Shown piece after piece: positions 1 through 10,063 of a DNA stretch of 64,000 nt. A program made the translations under genes and the position numbers. The notes under the pieces are model-generated. The model saw nothing but the letters and a program-made list of their open reading frames with translations, had not been told where the DNA came from and made no database searches. The DNA is taken from assembly GCA_020184695.1 (NCBI GenBank), contig JAANOX010000075.1, forward strand, positions 62,001 through 126,000. The letters run 5' to 3'. Positions within the stretch are counted from its first letter, which is position 1; every line of letters begins with the position of its first letter. Origin of the DNA: Histomonas meleagridis 2922-C6/04-290x. Lineage: Eukaryota > Protista > Parabasalia.

Positions 1-809
1 ACATAAATGAATAATTTCTTCATTTCCACCTGCAATTGCATATTTACCTGTGTTTTCTACTTTAGCACCATTCATAAGTAAATATTTAAAACATTTAATT
101 GAAGAAAAAATGCTGCATAATCAATTAATGAGACATTTTCTTCATTAATAAATGAACATCTTTCATAAAGTGATGGTTTAATTGTTTGATTAAAATCAAA
201 TTTTGGTTGTGATGTTATTTCTTGAAGTTTTTCAATTTCATCATTTCGAATTATTTTTGCAATTTCATTTGGATTATGTCCTTCTTTGATTAATTTCTTA
301 TGAAGTTCCCATTCATTCTTTGATAATTCTTCATAATTAGCAATGATTTGGTTAAAAGAGCTAAAATTTTTTTGTTTATAAATTTCTTCTTTAGACATAT
401 AATGGATAAAATATGGATTTTTCTCATCTTACAATATTTTTAGATCAAGAATATTATTTTCATACATTTTCAAAAGTGGATAATATAATTTTTGCTCGTA
501 AATTCCTGTGTAATTTGGATCGAGGTCAATAAATTTTGCAAAAAGAAGGAAATTAGTAAAAACATCAAAAATTTTAGATTTGACTTTATTGGTTTCTTGA
601 AATTTTTCAATTTCTTTCATAAAATTCAAATATATATCGAAATCATTCTTTTCAATAAAAATACAGATAATAACATAATGACTCATAACGGCATTAAATG
701 AATATGGATAACTATAATCAAATATGGAAATAATTGATTGAGCTGCTTGAGAAATATTTTCTTTATTTAAACCAAATATGATTTGTTGAATTGATTTAAT
801 GATTTTCAT
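1..809 (-). CDS. DUF3447-type ankyrin family gene, N-terminal part, runs off the left edge
   Basis: ORFs 429-917 and 72-398 carry the family motif YEELSKNEWELHKK..EGHNPNEIAKIIRNDEIEKLQE..SLYERCSFIN..LIDYAAFF. Correcting one extra T near 105-110 continues into CFKYLLMNGAKVENTGKYAIAGGNEEIIHLC. Probable ATG at 809. Two frameshifts present. Confidence 0.7.
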
Positions 810-1510
810 TTCTTTTGTTCCTGGTTTTTGATTGTTTTCTTGTAAGTTACTCTTTTTCTCCAAAAAAAAAAAAAAAAAAATGTCAGTTTTAACTCCCCTC
901 AAATCAATTTGCCACACGTCATCTCATATAAATAGATTTTATCAAGGGCTATGAAATGTAAAGGGAAATAGGCTGAGAAAAAAATTATTACGTTTACAAG
1001 CTATCATTTATTTATGGTAATCTTTAATTAAAAATTTCTTGAGTGTGAAAGCAAAATTTTTTATAGACATTATAAAGCATTAATTTAATTATAATTTTTT
1101 TTCATTCTTTGTGTGGAATATATAATATAACAATGTAAAGTTAATAGAGCAAATGCAAGTATTGCTTTCTATTCTAGAATTAATAATACAACTACTGAAA
1201 GTCTTAAACCTACACATCATATGTAAATAAGGTGCTCCCCAACCTGATACTGGTATCTTTAAAGCGGAGTCTAAAAAAAAACATAAATTTTCAAAATAAT
1301 TTTTAAATATAAAATCTCATAAATGTAAGTATTATAACAATAATAGATCTTTAATAAATAATAAAACTTTTATTGAGGAGTTACAAGATTTATAACAAAA
1401 TAAATAATATTACGACAAAAATGTCACTCATAAAAAAAAGTAAATACAATAAGCGATGGTTTACATAGCAACATATTAAAAGTTAATTTATCTTCATAAT
1501 GTTTTATATG

Positions 1511-2082
1511 TTACGCTGAAAGTTGTTTTTCTTTACCCCGAGGACAACTACAAAACGGACACAAAATAAGAATTACATCCAGTACAAATGAAATGACATA
1601 TAAATAAAAGAACGCTTCGATGCTTGAGTGATATTTATTACATGTTTCTTTATCAAATCGCAATGCTTGTGTTTGGATATTTCTGATGCTTGAACACTTA
1701 TTTGGTGCTGAATAAGCAAAATAGCATATATCTGATGATAAATTGAATAATAGAATTAAAAATAATATAATTAAATAAATGTGGTATATCCTACCAGGGA
1801 TTTTTTGACGGATTTTGATTGGAATAATCAAGAAAATTATAATAAAAAGGCAAGAACAATTGGTGACACTCATGAAATTTTAGTCATAACATATAAAATA
1901 TACAAGTTGTAACTAATGTTTTCAGAATCTATTGAGTAATCATATCTAATTTTACTCCAATGAATTCCAGACAAAATAGTAAATGCAATGCAACAAATGA
2001 TAATTACTAAAATAAGTATAAAAATAATAACAAAATATGAAAGAAAAATAGCGCTTTCAGTAGGTGAAAATGTAATACTCAT
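1511..2082 (-). CDS. Putative multi-pass membrane protein (two ORFs, probably one frameshifted gene)
   Basis: Abutting ORFs 1870-2082 and 1511-1873, each with hydrophobic TM-like stretches; no recognisable family. Confidence 0.35.
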
Positions 2083-2594
2083 TTCGAAAAAAAACTTTGA
2101 ACATATCTGAAGAAATCACTTTTCATGTCAAACAAACTTTATCAAAAAAATTGATAGTAGGCTTATGTTAAGCAATGAACACAAATTCCAAGGATTTGTA
2201 AAACATGAGTCCTATTATGCTTTGTTGCAAAAAATTCTTATCAAAAGTATTTTTTTTTATCATAATATCCAATATGAATTTCAAGAATAAATACTGTTTT
2301 AAAACAAAATAATTTTTAAATCTCATTTTGAAATACTGTCAATATTTTAAATGTACTAGGCAATTTTATATCAAAGAAAATGTTAGTGAACATTTATTTT
2401 GTCATGTACTCCAAGTGTGTTATTTTCATCCATGTTAAAAGTAATTTTTTGTGTTTCCGACAAGTAAACTTCAAAGCAATTTTTTACAGATGCTAAGAAA
2501 GAAGAAAAAATTGATCTTTTATTAAAACTTACTTACATATGCAAGTGTATATTTCGTCACTAAAACATATTCAACAAAAAATCAGAAATTTTAT

Positions 2595-4218
2595 TTACCA
2601 AATCGTGCATTCAGGGGTCATATTAAGTTTTTCCTGATAGAAATTCATCTTTTCTTCGGAAGGTGCCACTCCAAAATCGCCTTCTGAATACACTCTTATT
2701 AATTCTATCAAAGCGAATCGATCATTCTGCTTTGCGCCATTTTCCAAAATTTCCAAAATTCGTTCATTATTTGGTGGGTTTTCTTCTTTTAACAATTTTA
2801 TAGCGACATCTAAAAATTGGAAATTTTGGTTATCGAACATAAATTGACATAACTCCAAAGCTCTTTTTGGATTTTTGGCAACATTTCCTTTCCCATTTGC
2901 ATAAATTTTAATTAAAGTATCAATAACTTTATAGTAATTCATTTTAATTAATTCTTCACATATATCGACAGCTTTTTGTACATTTTGTTCTATTCCATTA
3001 CCATTTAAATATATTAATGCCATGTTATGCATTGCCATTGTGTCCCCTTTCTTTCTTGCCATTTCGAAATATTCTAAAGCTTTCGGAATATTTTTCATTT
3101 CTTCATCTTGTGAATAAAGTACACCTAAATTATAAATTGCATTTAAATGTCCTTTTTTAGCAGCAGCTTCATAATACTCGGATGCTTTTATTTAAATCCT
3201 TTTTCGTCTCCTTTTCCATTATGTTTCATATCACCTAAATTAGTTAATGCTTGAACATGGTTATTACTTGCTGCTTTTTGATATAATTCTAAAGATTTCT
3301 TTTTATTTTTAGGTATTCCTTCACCTTTTTGATACATTAAAGCTAAGTTATAAGTACAATCATCATCACCTAATTCAGAACCTTTTTCATAATAATATAA
3401 TGATTTATAAGGATCTTTTTCCCTATAAATTTCAGCTAATTTTTTCATCGAATTTAAATCACCTAATTCAGAAGCTTTCGTTAAAAGTTCGATTGATCTT
3501 TTCGGATTACGTGGCACAAAATGTCCTGGTGTATTAACTAGTAAATTTGCTAAGTTATACATTGAACGTGTATGATTTTTTAAGATTGCTTCTTCATAAC
3601 ATTCAACAGACCTTTGAATAAGACTCGTGTTCTTCCCAATATATTCATAATATTCTCCTAACGAACATAATGCATCAGGATTCTTAGTTTTGGCTGATTC
3701 AACTAAAATTCTTCCACATTTCCCTAAATCTGGTGGAATCTCTTTAACCATCGCGATAAAGTTTTGACAATCATAGGGAACATTTTTCTCCACTTAAATA
3801 TTGTAATGCAAGATTATATAGAATGAGCAAAACCCTTTTGTGCTGATGTTTCGAGTAACTCAATACCACGTGGAATATTTTTTGGAACCCCATTACCTAC
3901 AATATAAATCATCGCTAAATTAAACATAGCTGTAAGATCGTTATTTAAGACACATTTCTCATATAAGTTGACGGCTTTTGGGATATCAATTGGATTACCT
4001 CCCAAACCGATATGATAAATTTGTGCAAGATTAAATGATGCATCATTTATTCCTGCATCAGACCCTTTTTGGAAATATTCAATCGCTTTATTGATATCAT
4101 GTTCAATACCTTCTCCTCTTAAGAATAAATTACCAAGCTCCATATATATTTGTGGATTTTCTTTTGCTTGTTCTTCAATTTGGGATAAGTTCTCTTTAAT
4201 TTTAGAAAAATCAGTCAT
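2595..4218 (-). CDS. Sel1-like repeat protein (single gene split by homopolymer/microsatellite indels)
   Basis: Three ORFs with Sel1 consensus (A.YNLA.MY..G.G...D..KA..YY.KAA..G). The gaps at ~3790-3815 and ~3100-3200 translate as continuing Sel1 repeats after 1-2 nt corrections. Confidence 0.85.
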
Positions 4219-4377
4219 AAAATTTTGTTTGGCAAATCTTTTTTATTGAATAGTTTACATATAGGATTTCAGAATGTTGTGTGATGTGATGTTTGAATTG
4301 CTTCAAAATCTACTCAAACCGTTAAAAACAATGAAAAAGCCGATACATACCGTTAGTAAAGACGGACCATAAATAAA

Positions 4378-6800
4378 ATGAAGAAGCAAAAACTATTAAA
4401 TGATATCGAAATTCATCAATCAATCATGCAAACCCTCTTTAGGTTGGCTAAAACAAATATTATAGAATCAGCAAATTCAATAATTGACATTTTTGATGAA
4501 AATCATCCTATTTCATTCAATTTTATATTAGCCCAAACAATATATACAATTTCCATGTTCAGAATGAATGACTTTGATATTTATTCAAAATTTTTAAAAC
4601 AAATTGAAATATTTGAAGAAAACAACAAAATTAATTCAAAAATTTTTGATGTATTTGAAGGTATACTTCTTTCTAAATATTCAGAAGAATCAAAGTATAT
4701 TCTTTATTATCTTTTTGAAAATAAATTTCTTCAGAGTCCAAAGGTTGATTATAAAAGAACCAATGGATGTTTTGCACATCACATGACGCAAGAAGAAATT
4801 AATGAATATTATTGCTATGGAATTAAACAGTATATAAAAAAACATTATGAAGAACTTTCAAAGAATGATTGGGAACTTCATAAGAAATATATTGAAGAAG
4901 GACATAATCCAAAATGAAATAACAAAAATAATTCGAGACGATGAAATTGAAAAACTTCAAGAAATATCATCACAAAATGATTTTGATTTTAATCAAATAA
5001 TTGAACCATCAGTTTATGAAAGATGTGATTTTATTAATCAATATCGGATTACATTAATTGAATATGCAGCATTTTTTTCTTCAGTTAAATGTTTTAAATA
5101 TTTACTTATGAATGGTGCAAAAGTGGAAAACACAGGTAAATATGCAGTTGCAGGTGGAAATGAAGAAATTATTCATTTATGTGAACAAAATCATTCATCA
5201 TTTAAAGATGCATATGAAACAGCAATTAAATTTCATTGTAATGATATCTTTAAATATCTTTATGAAAACAAATTAGAAGATATCAAAAATTTGGAATTTT
5301 TAGGAAAGAAATGTATCAAATGGAACAACTATGAACTCTTTACATATTTGCAAAAAGAAGGAATGGAAATTAATGATGATATTATTAATGCAGCTGCAAG
5401 AATTGGAAATAAATATCTCACAAAATATTTTATGAAAGAGCATCACACTCCAAAAGATATTTTAGGTTATTCATCTAAATCAGGAAATATTGAACTTGTA
5501 AAATACATTTTAGATCAAGAAGGAACTGATATTAATGCTGAAGATATTCATTTGTTTTATTTGAAATTTATTTTAATAATTTGATATTTCAAAATAATAT
5601 TTGGAAATTATTTCAAATATTTAATACAGCACTTATGTGGGCATCTGAAAAGGGTTATACAGAAATCGTTAAATTACTTCTTGAACAAGAAGGAATTGAT
5701 ATTAATGCTATAGATATTTTTTTATTTTATTTAAAATTTATTTTATTAATTTAATATTTCAAAATAATATTTGGAAATTATTTAAATTAAATAGTTCAGC
5801 ACTTATTTGTGCATCTTGGAAAAGTCATATAGAAATAGTTAAATTACTTCTTGAACAAAAAGGAATTGATATTAATGTTCAAAATCTTTAGTTGTTTTGT
5901 TTAATATTTGTTTTGATAATTTGGAATTTCAAAATGACATTTGGAAATTATTTAAATTATTTTATACAGCACTTATTTGGGCATCTTCAACTGGTTGTAT
6001 AGAAATCGTTAAATTACTTCTTGAACAAAAAGGAATTGATGTTAATGCTGAAAATATTTATATGTTTTGTTTTTTATTTATTTTAATAATTTTATATTTC
6101 AAAATAATATTTGGAAATTATTTAGAATACTTGAAACAGCACTTATTAAAGCATCTTATGAAGGTTATACAGAAATTGTTAAATTACTTCTTGAACAAGA
6201 AGGAATTGATATTAATTCTAAAGACATGTATTTGTTTTATTTGAAATTTATTTTAATAATTTGATATTTCAAAATAATATTTGGAAATTATTTCAAATAT
6301 TTAATACAGCACTTATGTGGGCATCTGAAAAGGGTTATACAGAAATCGTTAAATTACTTCTTGAACAAGAAGGAATTGATATTAATGCTAAAAATATTTA
6401 TTTGTTTTCTTTAGAATTTATTTTAATAATTTTATATTTCAAAATAATATTTGGAAATTATTTAAAATATTTAATACAGCACTTATATTAGCATCTTATA
6501 ATGGTTTTATAGAAATTGTTAAATTACTTCTTGAACAAAAAGGAATTGATATTAATGCTAAAGATAATCACTTGTTTTGCTTAGAATTTATTTTAATAAT
6601 ATTGGATTTCAAAATATTATTTGGAAATTATTTAAATTCTTTAAAACAGTACTTATGAAAGCATCTTCAAGAGGTCATACTGAAATCGTTAAATTACTTC
6701 TTGAACAAGAAGGAATTGATAGTAATGCTAAAGATATTTATTTGTTTAATTTAGAATTTCTTTGAATAATTTAATGTTTCAAAATAATATTTGGAAATTA
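4378..6800 (+). CDS. DUF3447-type ankyrin gene with 17-nt-insert repeats; one homopolymer frameshift (~4913); broken at ~6800 by a foreign insertion
   Basis: ORFs 4378-4917 and 4847-5584 join after removing one A (GHNP-NEITKIIRDDEIEKL). Followed by 8 repeat units at exact 170-nt spacing. Confidence 0.8.
5521..6800 (+). repeat. Tandem 170-nt unit = 102-nt ankyrin repeat + 4 x 17-nt inserts
   Basis: aggaa(c/t)tgat recurs at 5521, 5691, 5861, 6031, 6201, 6371, 6541, 6711 (period exactly 170). Confidence 0.97.
5546..5622 (+). other. Example set of four 17-nt inserts (5546-5562, 5566-5582, 5586-5602, 5606-5622) flanking single codons GAA, GAT, GGA
   Basis: gat[attcatttgttttattt]gaa[atttattttaataattt]gat[atttcaaaataatattt]gga[aattatttcaaatattt]aat aca gca ctt reads D-E-D-G-N-T-A-L after removal. 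Confidence 0.9.
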
Positions 6801-7298
6801 TAACTATAAGTTTGTGAAGGATACTAAAGAATATATTGAATTAGATGAATTTATTGATGATTTCATTGAATTTATTAAAAAAGAAGCTATTGATAAATAA
6901 GTCAATTCTTCTGAAAACACCTTATATAAGTTTATTTTTGAAAAACAGCTACTGTAGTATTATCTATCATAGAAGTTATTTTTCTATATCTCATAAAAAA
7001 TGCGTATTTGCGTTGTGCGTGGTAAAACCATAGCAATATGAAAGTCCCAAGATATAAGAGGAACCTAGAACATTGATTTTATAAAAATAATCCGTTAAAT
7101 GTTATTATTTTTAAAACGCCTCATTAAAGTATACTATAAAAAAGAGGCCTATGAGATCTCGCTTAAACCCATATATCATCTAAATAAAAGGATAATCTTT
7201 CGAAAAACATTTCATTAAAGAATACTATTGAAAAGAGGGATACGCGGATTTGCGCATCGGTATAAATGAAGGTGTCAGGATCATGTCATCTTAATAAT

Positions 7299-9278
7299 TT
7301 ACTTATGAAAAACAGCTACTGTAGTATCACCTATAATAGAAGTTATCTTTCCAATAATCATACTATTTATTTTTGTTGTTATAACAGTATCATCATCAAT
7401 AATACTACCATCATATATCACAATATCACCAATATTATGAATACTACTATCATCAACTTTAAAATAATAATCACCATGAGTAGCAAAATCTATAGTATTT
7501 TGATCAATAGAAATATCTTGTTTAATAGTATCATCAATTTGTAAAATTTCATTACTTCTATGTATAGCAACACAGATCCCAATAAATTCTTTATAATTAC
7601 CACTACTTTTAACAGATGGTATACAGTTAGTAGAATCTGTTGTAGAAATATATTTATAAGTTCCATTTTCATTAATTAATTTATATACATTACCTGTTAT
7701 AAACACTGGCTTTCCAATAGTAAAATTATCAATATTTTCATTATTTTCAATAGGAGCGTTATGAGTTATTGTTTTATTAATCTGTCCACCACCATTTACT
7801 GAAATATATGCTTTTCTATAATTTGAATCTGATATATGCCAAAACGCTAAATGATCTTCATAAGAAGCTATTCTCCAAGCATATTCACCGGGTGCTTCAT
7901 AAGAATCATTTTGATAAATGAAATCTAACAATCTTCCAGTTCTTAATACAGCATTTCGATAAGGCACTATTTCACTTAGTTTATGAGTGTGTCCATTTAC
8001 TGAGAAAAAACTTACATTAATATAGTTAATAGAATTACAATTTATATTGCCATTATTTCCATTATGACTGATATTACCATCATTATTATTAAGTTTACCA
8101 AAATATAATGTATTACCAGCAGATCTAATCCTCCAATCATAATCACTATTCAAATCATTATTATCATGAAAATCAATACATTCTCCAACTTCCATAACAC
8201 CATTCGTTTTTATAGTAGCTATACAAGGTAACGTTATTGTTGTATTAAAACCTCCACCAGAACTATTAGAAATATAATAATTATTAATTTTTCCGTTGAT
8301 AGTTAAGACATTATTAATAGTGTTGTGAGTTTGATTCAATAAAGAATATTTATTATCATGATTATGTGTATTTAATCAAATATTATCAGTATCAATTCCA
8401 TTAATTGTATCACAAGTGATATTTGTGCAAAATAAATCACAACAGATTATATCACTATTTAACATATTTATATTATCATTAATATCAACTGAATAATTAA
8501 TGTATAAAGTATTGTCATTTCTTGTAATTTTCTCTAATATATTATGTATATCAGTTAAACTTTCATTAGTTGAATAATTATTATGAGTATGATTAATTGA
8601 ATAATATTTATCATCATGATTATGTGTATTTAATGAAATATTATTAGTATCAATTCCATTAATATAATTACAACTTATATTACCGTTTCTAAATATACTT
8701 ACATGATTACCATCACAAGCTTTGAATCTTAAACAAGTATCAATATTGTCATCAGAACCAACATAATGTTCTATTATACTGCAATCATCACCACTCGGTA
8801 ATACACCTATTACCATTTTAATAGAATCTCCTACTTTAGCATCTGATTTATAAATATATAATCCGTCATAAATATTATTAGCACTCACATAGTTTTTACA
8901 TTCAATATTAATATTACGACTTGCTGACATAATTCTACATGAAATGTCATTACTCACTATTATTAAATCTTTCTCATTCTTAGTTTATTCACCAAATTCA
9001 TTATATGATATTCCTGTTGGAGTTTTATTCATATTAATTAAATTATCATTTGTTGAATATTGATCATGTGTATGATTTATTAATGAAAAATTATCAATAG
9101 ATATATTATTAATAGTATCAACTTCTATATTACCATTTACATTTGAATCTTGATTTATACCAGTATATATTTATAACGCTCCTTCTGACGGATCTACTTT
9201 TAATATAAAATTTACATCTGATGGGAAGAATCCTATATATCCAATTCATTGTAGATTTATTATTCAATTAGTATTCAT
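7299..9278 (-). pseudogene. Tail-fiber/spike-like gene, 660 codons in one frame with five premature stops
   Basis: ATG at 9278 is in frame with track ORFs 8376-8957 and 7299-8339. Repeated C.TINGIDT.NI.LNTHNHD.KY units. The motif GVMEVGECIDFH...DYDWRI resembles phage tail-fiber segments. Confidence 0.6.
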
Positions 9279-9360
9279 GTTTAATTATAGAAAGACAGTT
9301 GTGTTGTAAAAAGTTGTGTTTTGATAAGTAGAATTCCTGAAATATTTTTATATTAAATAA

Positions 9361-9575
9361 ATGTTTAATGAAACAATTGATTACACAATAAATTCATATG
9401 AATCATATGATTACATATACCATTACAATAGAATTGATATTAACCTACCTTCTCCTTGCACTAGACAAGCAAAAATGATAATTACTTCTTTAACAACTAA
9501 ATGTTCAATAGTAGTCATTGAAAATGATGATTATATACAAATTAATGAAAAACGATATTTTTTAATAAACAATAT
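9361..9575 (+). pseudogene. Truncated 5' part of an element-borne gene (possibly virion structural)
   Basis: MFNETIDYTINS...IDINLPSPCTRQAKMIITSLTTKCSIVVIENDDYIQIN, divergent from the fiber-like gene, then runs into ankyrin sequence. Function not assignable. Confidence 0.35.
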
Positions 9576-9578
9576 ACT

Positions 9579-9830
9579 GATATTAATTCTCAATGTAGAA
9601 ATAAAATTATATTTAAAGATAATATTTGGAATTTTTTTAAACTATTTAAAACAGCACTTATGAAAGCATCATATAATGAACCAGATATAATAAAATTACT
9701 TATTCAAAAAGGAGCAAATCTTTAAGCTACAGATATTTATATTTTTTATTTAATATTTATTACATCAATTTGAAAATTCAAAACATTTGAAAATCATCCA
9801 AATCATTTAATCATCTCTTAGCCTATAAAT
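9579..9830 (+). pseudogene. Degenerate distal ankyrin repeats with 17-nt inserts
   Basis: tat[atttaaagataatattt]gga[atttttttaaactattt]aaa aca gca ctt atg aaa gca (Y-G-K-T-A-L-M-K-A). The next repeat has an in-frame TAA. Confidence 0.7.
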
Positions 9831-10063
9831 AAGGCAACCAAGAAATAATAAACGAAAATATTCTTCAATATTTGGTCTAAAATCAAGCATAATTCTAGCT
9901 AATATTTTATCCGGTTTTAGTAAAGATAACGAAGCAGTACAAAATATTTTATAGATCTTGAATGAACTTGTTCTTGGTTCCAATTCTAATTCAGGTAATT
10001 TTGTTGATGAAGAAACTGCACTTCCTAACACCCTTGAATGTCACAACAATAATAAAAATTTTT

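Larger units (their letters stand above)
6801..9575. mobile_element. Virus-like/foreign DNA fragment inserted in the ankyrin array
   Basis: Ankyrin pattern stops at ~6800 inside a fourth-slot insert and resumes at ~9579. The interval holds a 3' gene remnant (6802-6900 +), a decayed fiber-like gene (-) and the 5' part of a divergent gene (9361 +). Confidence 0.7.

Noticed and set aside
3100-4920. Programmed frameshifts in Sel1 and DUF3447 genes (also ~105, ~43520, ~47255)
   Set aside because: Most fall in A/T homopolymers or TA repeats, and all are 1-2 nt, typical of long-read assembly error or decay. Polishing is needed.
5588-5625. Conserved peptide QNNIWKLF (or KIIFGNY) seen in the ORF track
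   Set aside because: It is a by-product of slot-3/slot-4 nucleotide consensus. The W frame is broken by cgg (~20952) and by tgg-taa (~42075), while the isolated Gly codon varies synonymously (gga/ggt/ggg).
5546-5629. A single conventional 68-nt intron per repeat ending at ...TAATACAG|CACTT
   Set aside because: There is no GT donor; ACAG is simply the Thr-Ala codons; and a single intron loses the conserved Gly and cannot explain 32/49/66-nt linkers.
5521-6800. Stop-codon reassignment or simple +/-1 frameshifting as the explanation
   Set aside because: Other genes end in normal TAA/TGA/TAG, and read-through would add ~23 hydrophobic residues per repeat and destroy the hairpin. Matched-codon ribosomal hopping also lacks take-off/landing pairs, although it is not formally excluded.
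5521-6800. CRISPR-like array
   Set aside because: The repeats are protein-coding, the context is eukaryotic, and no cas genes are present.
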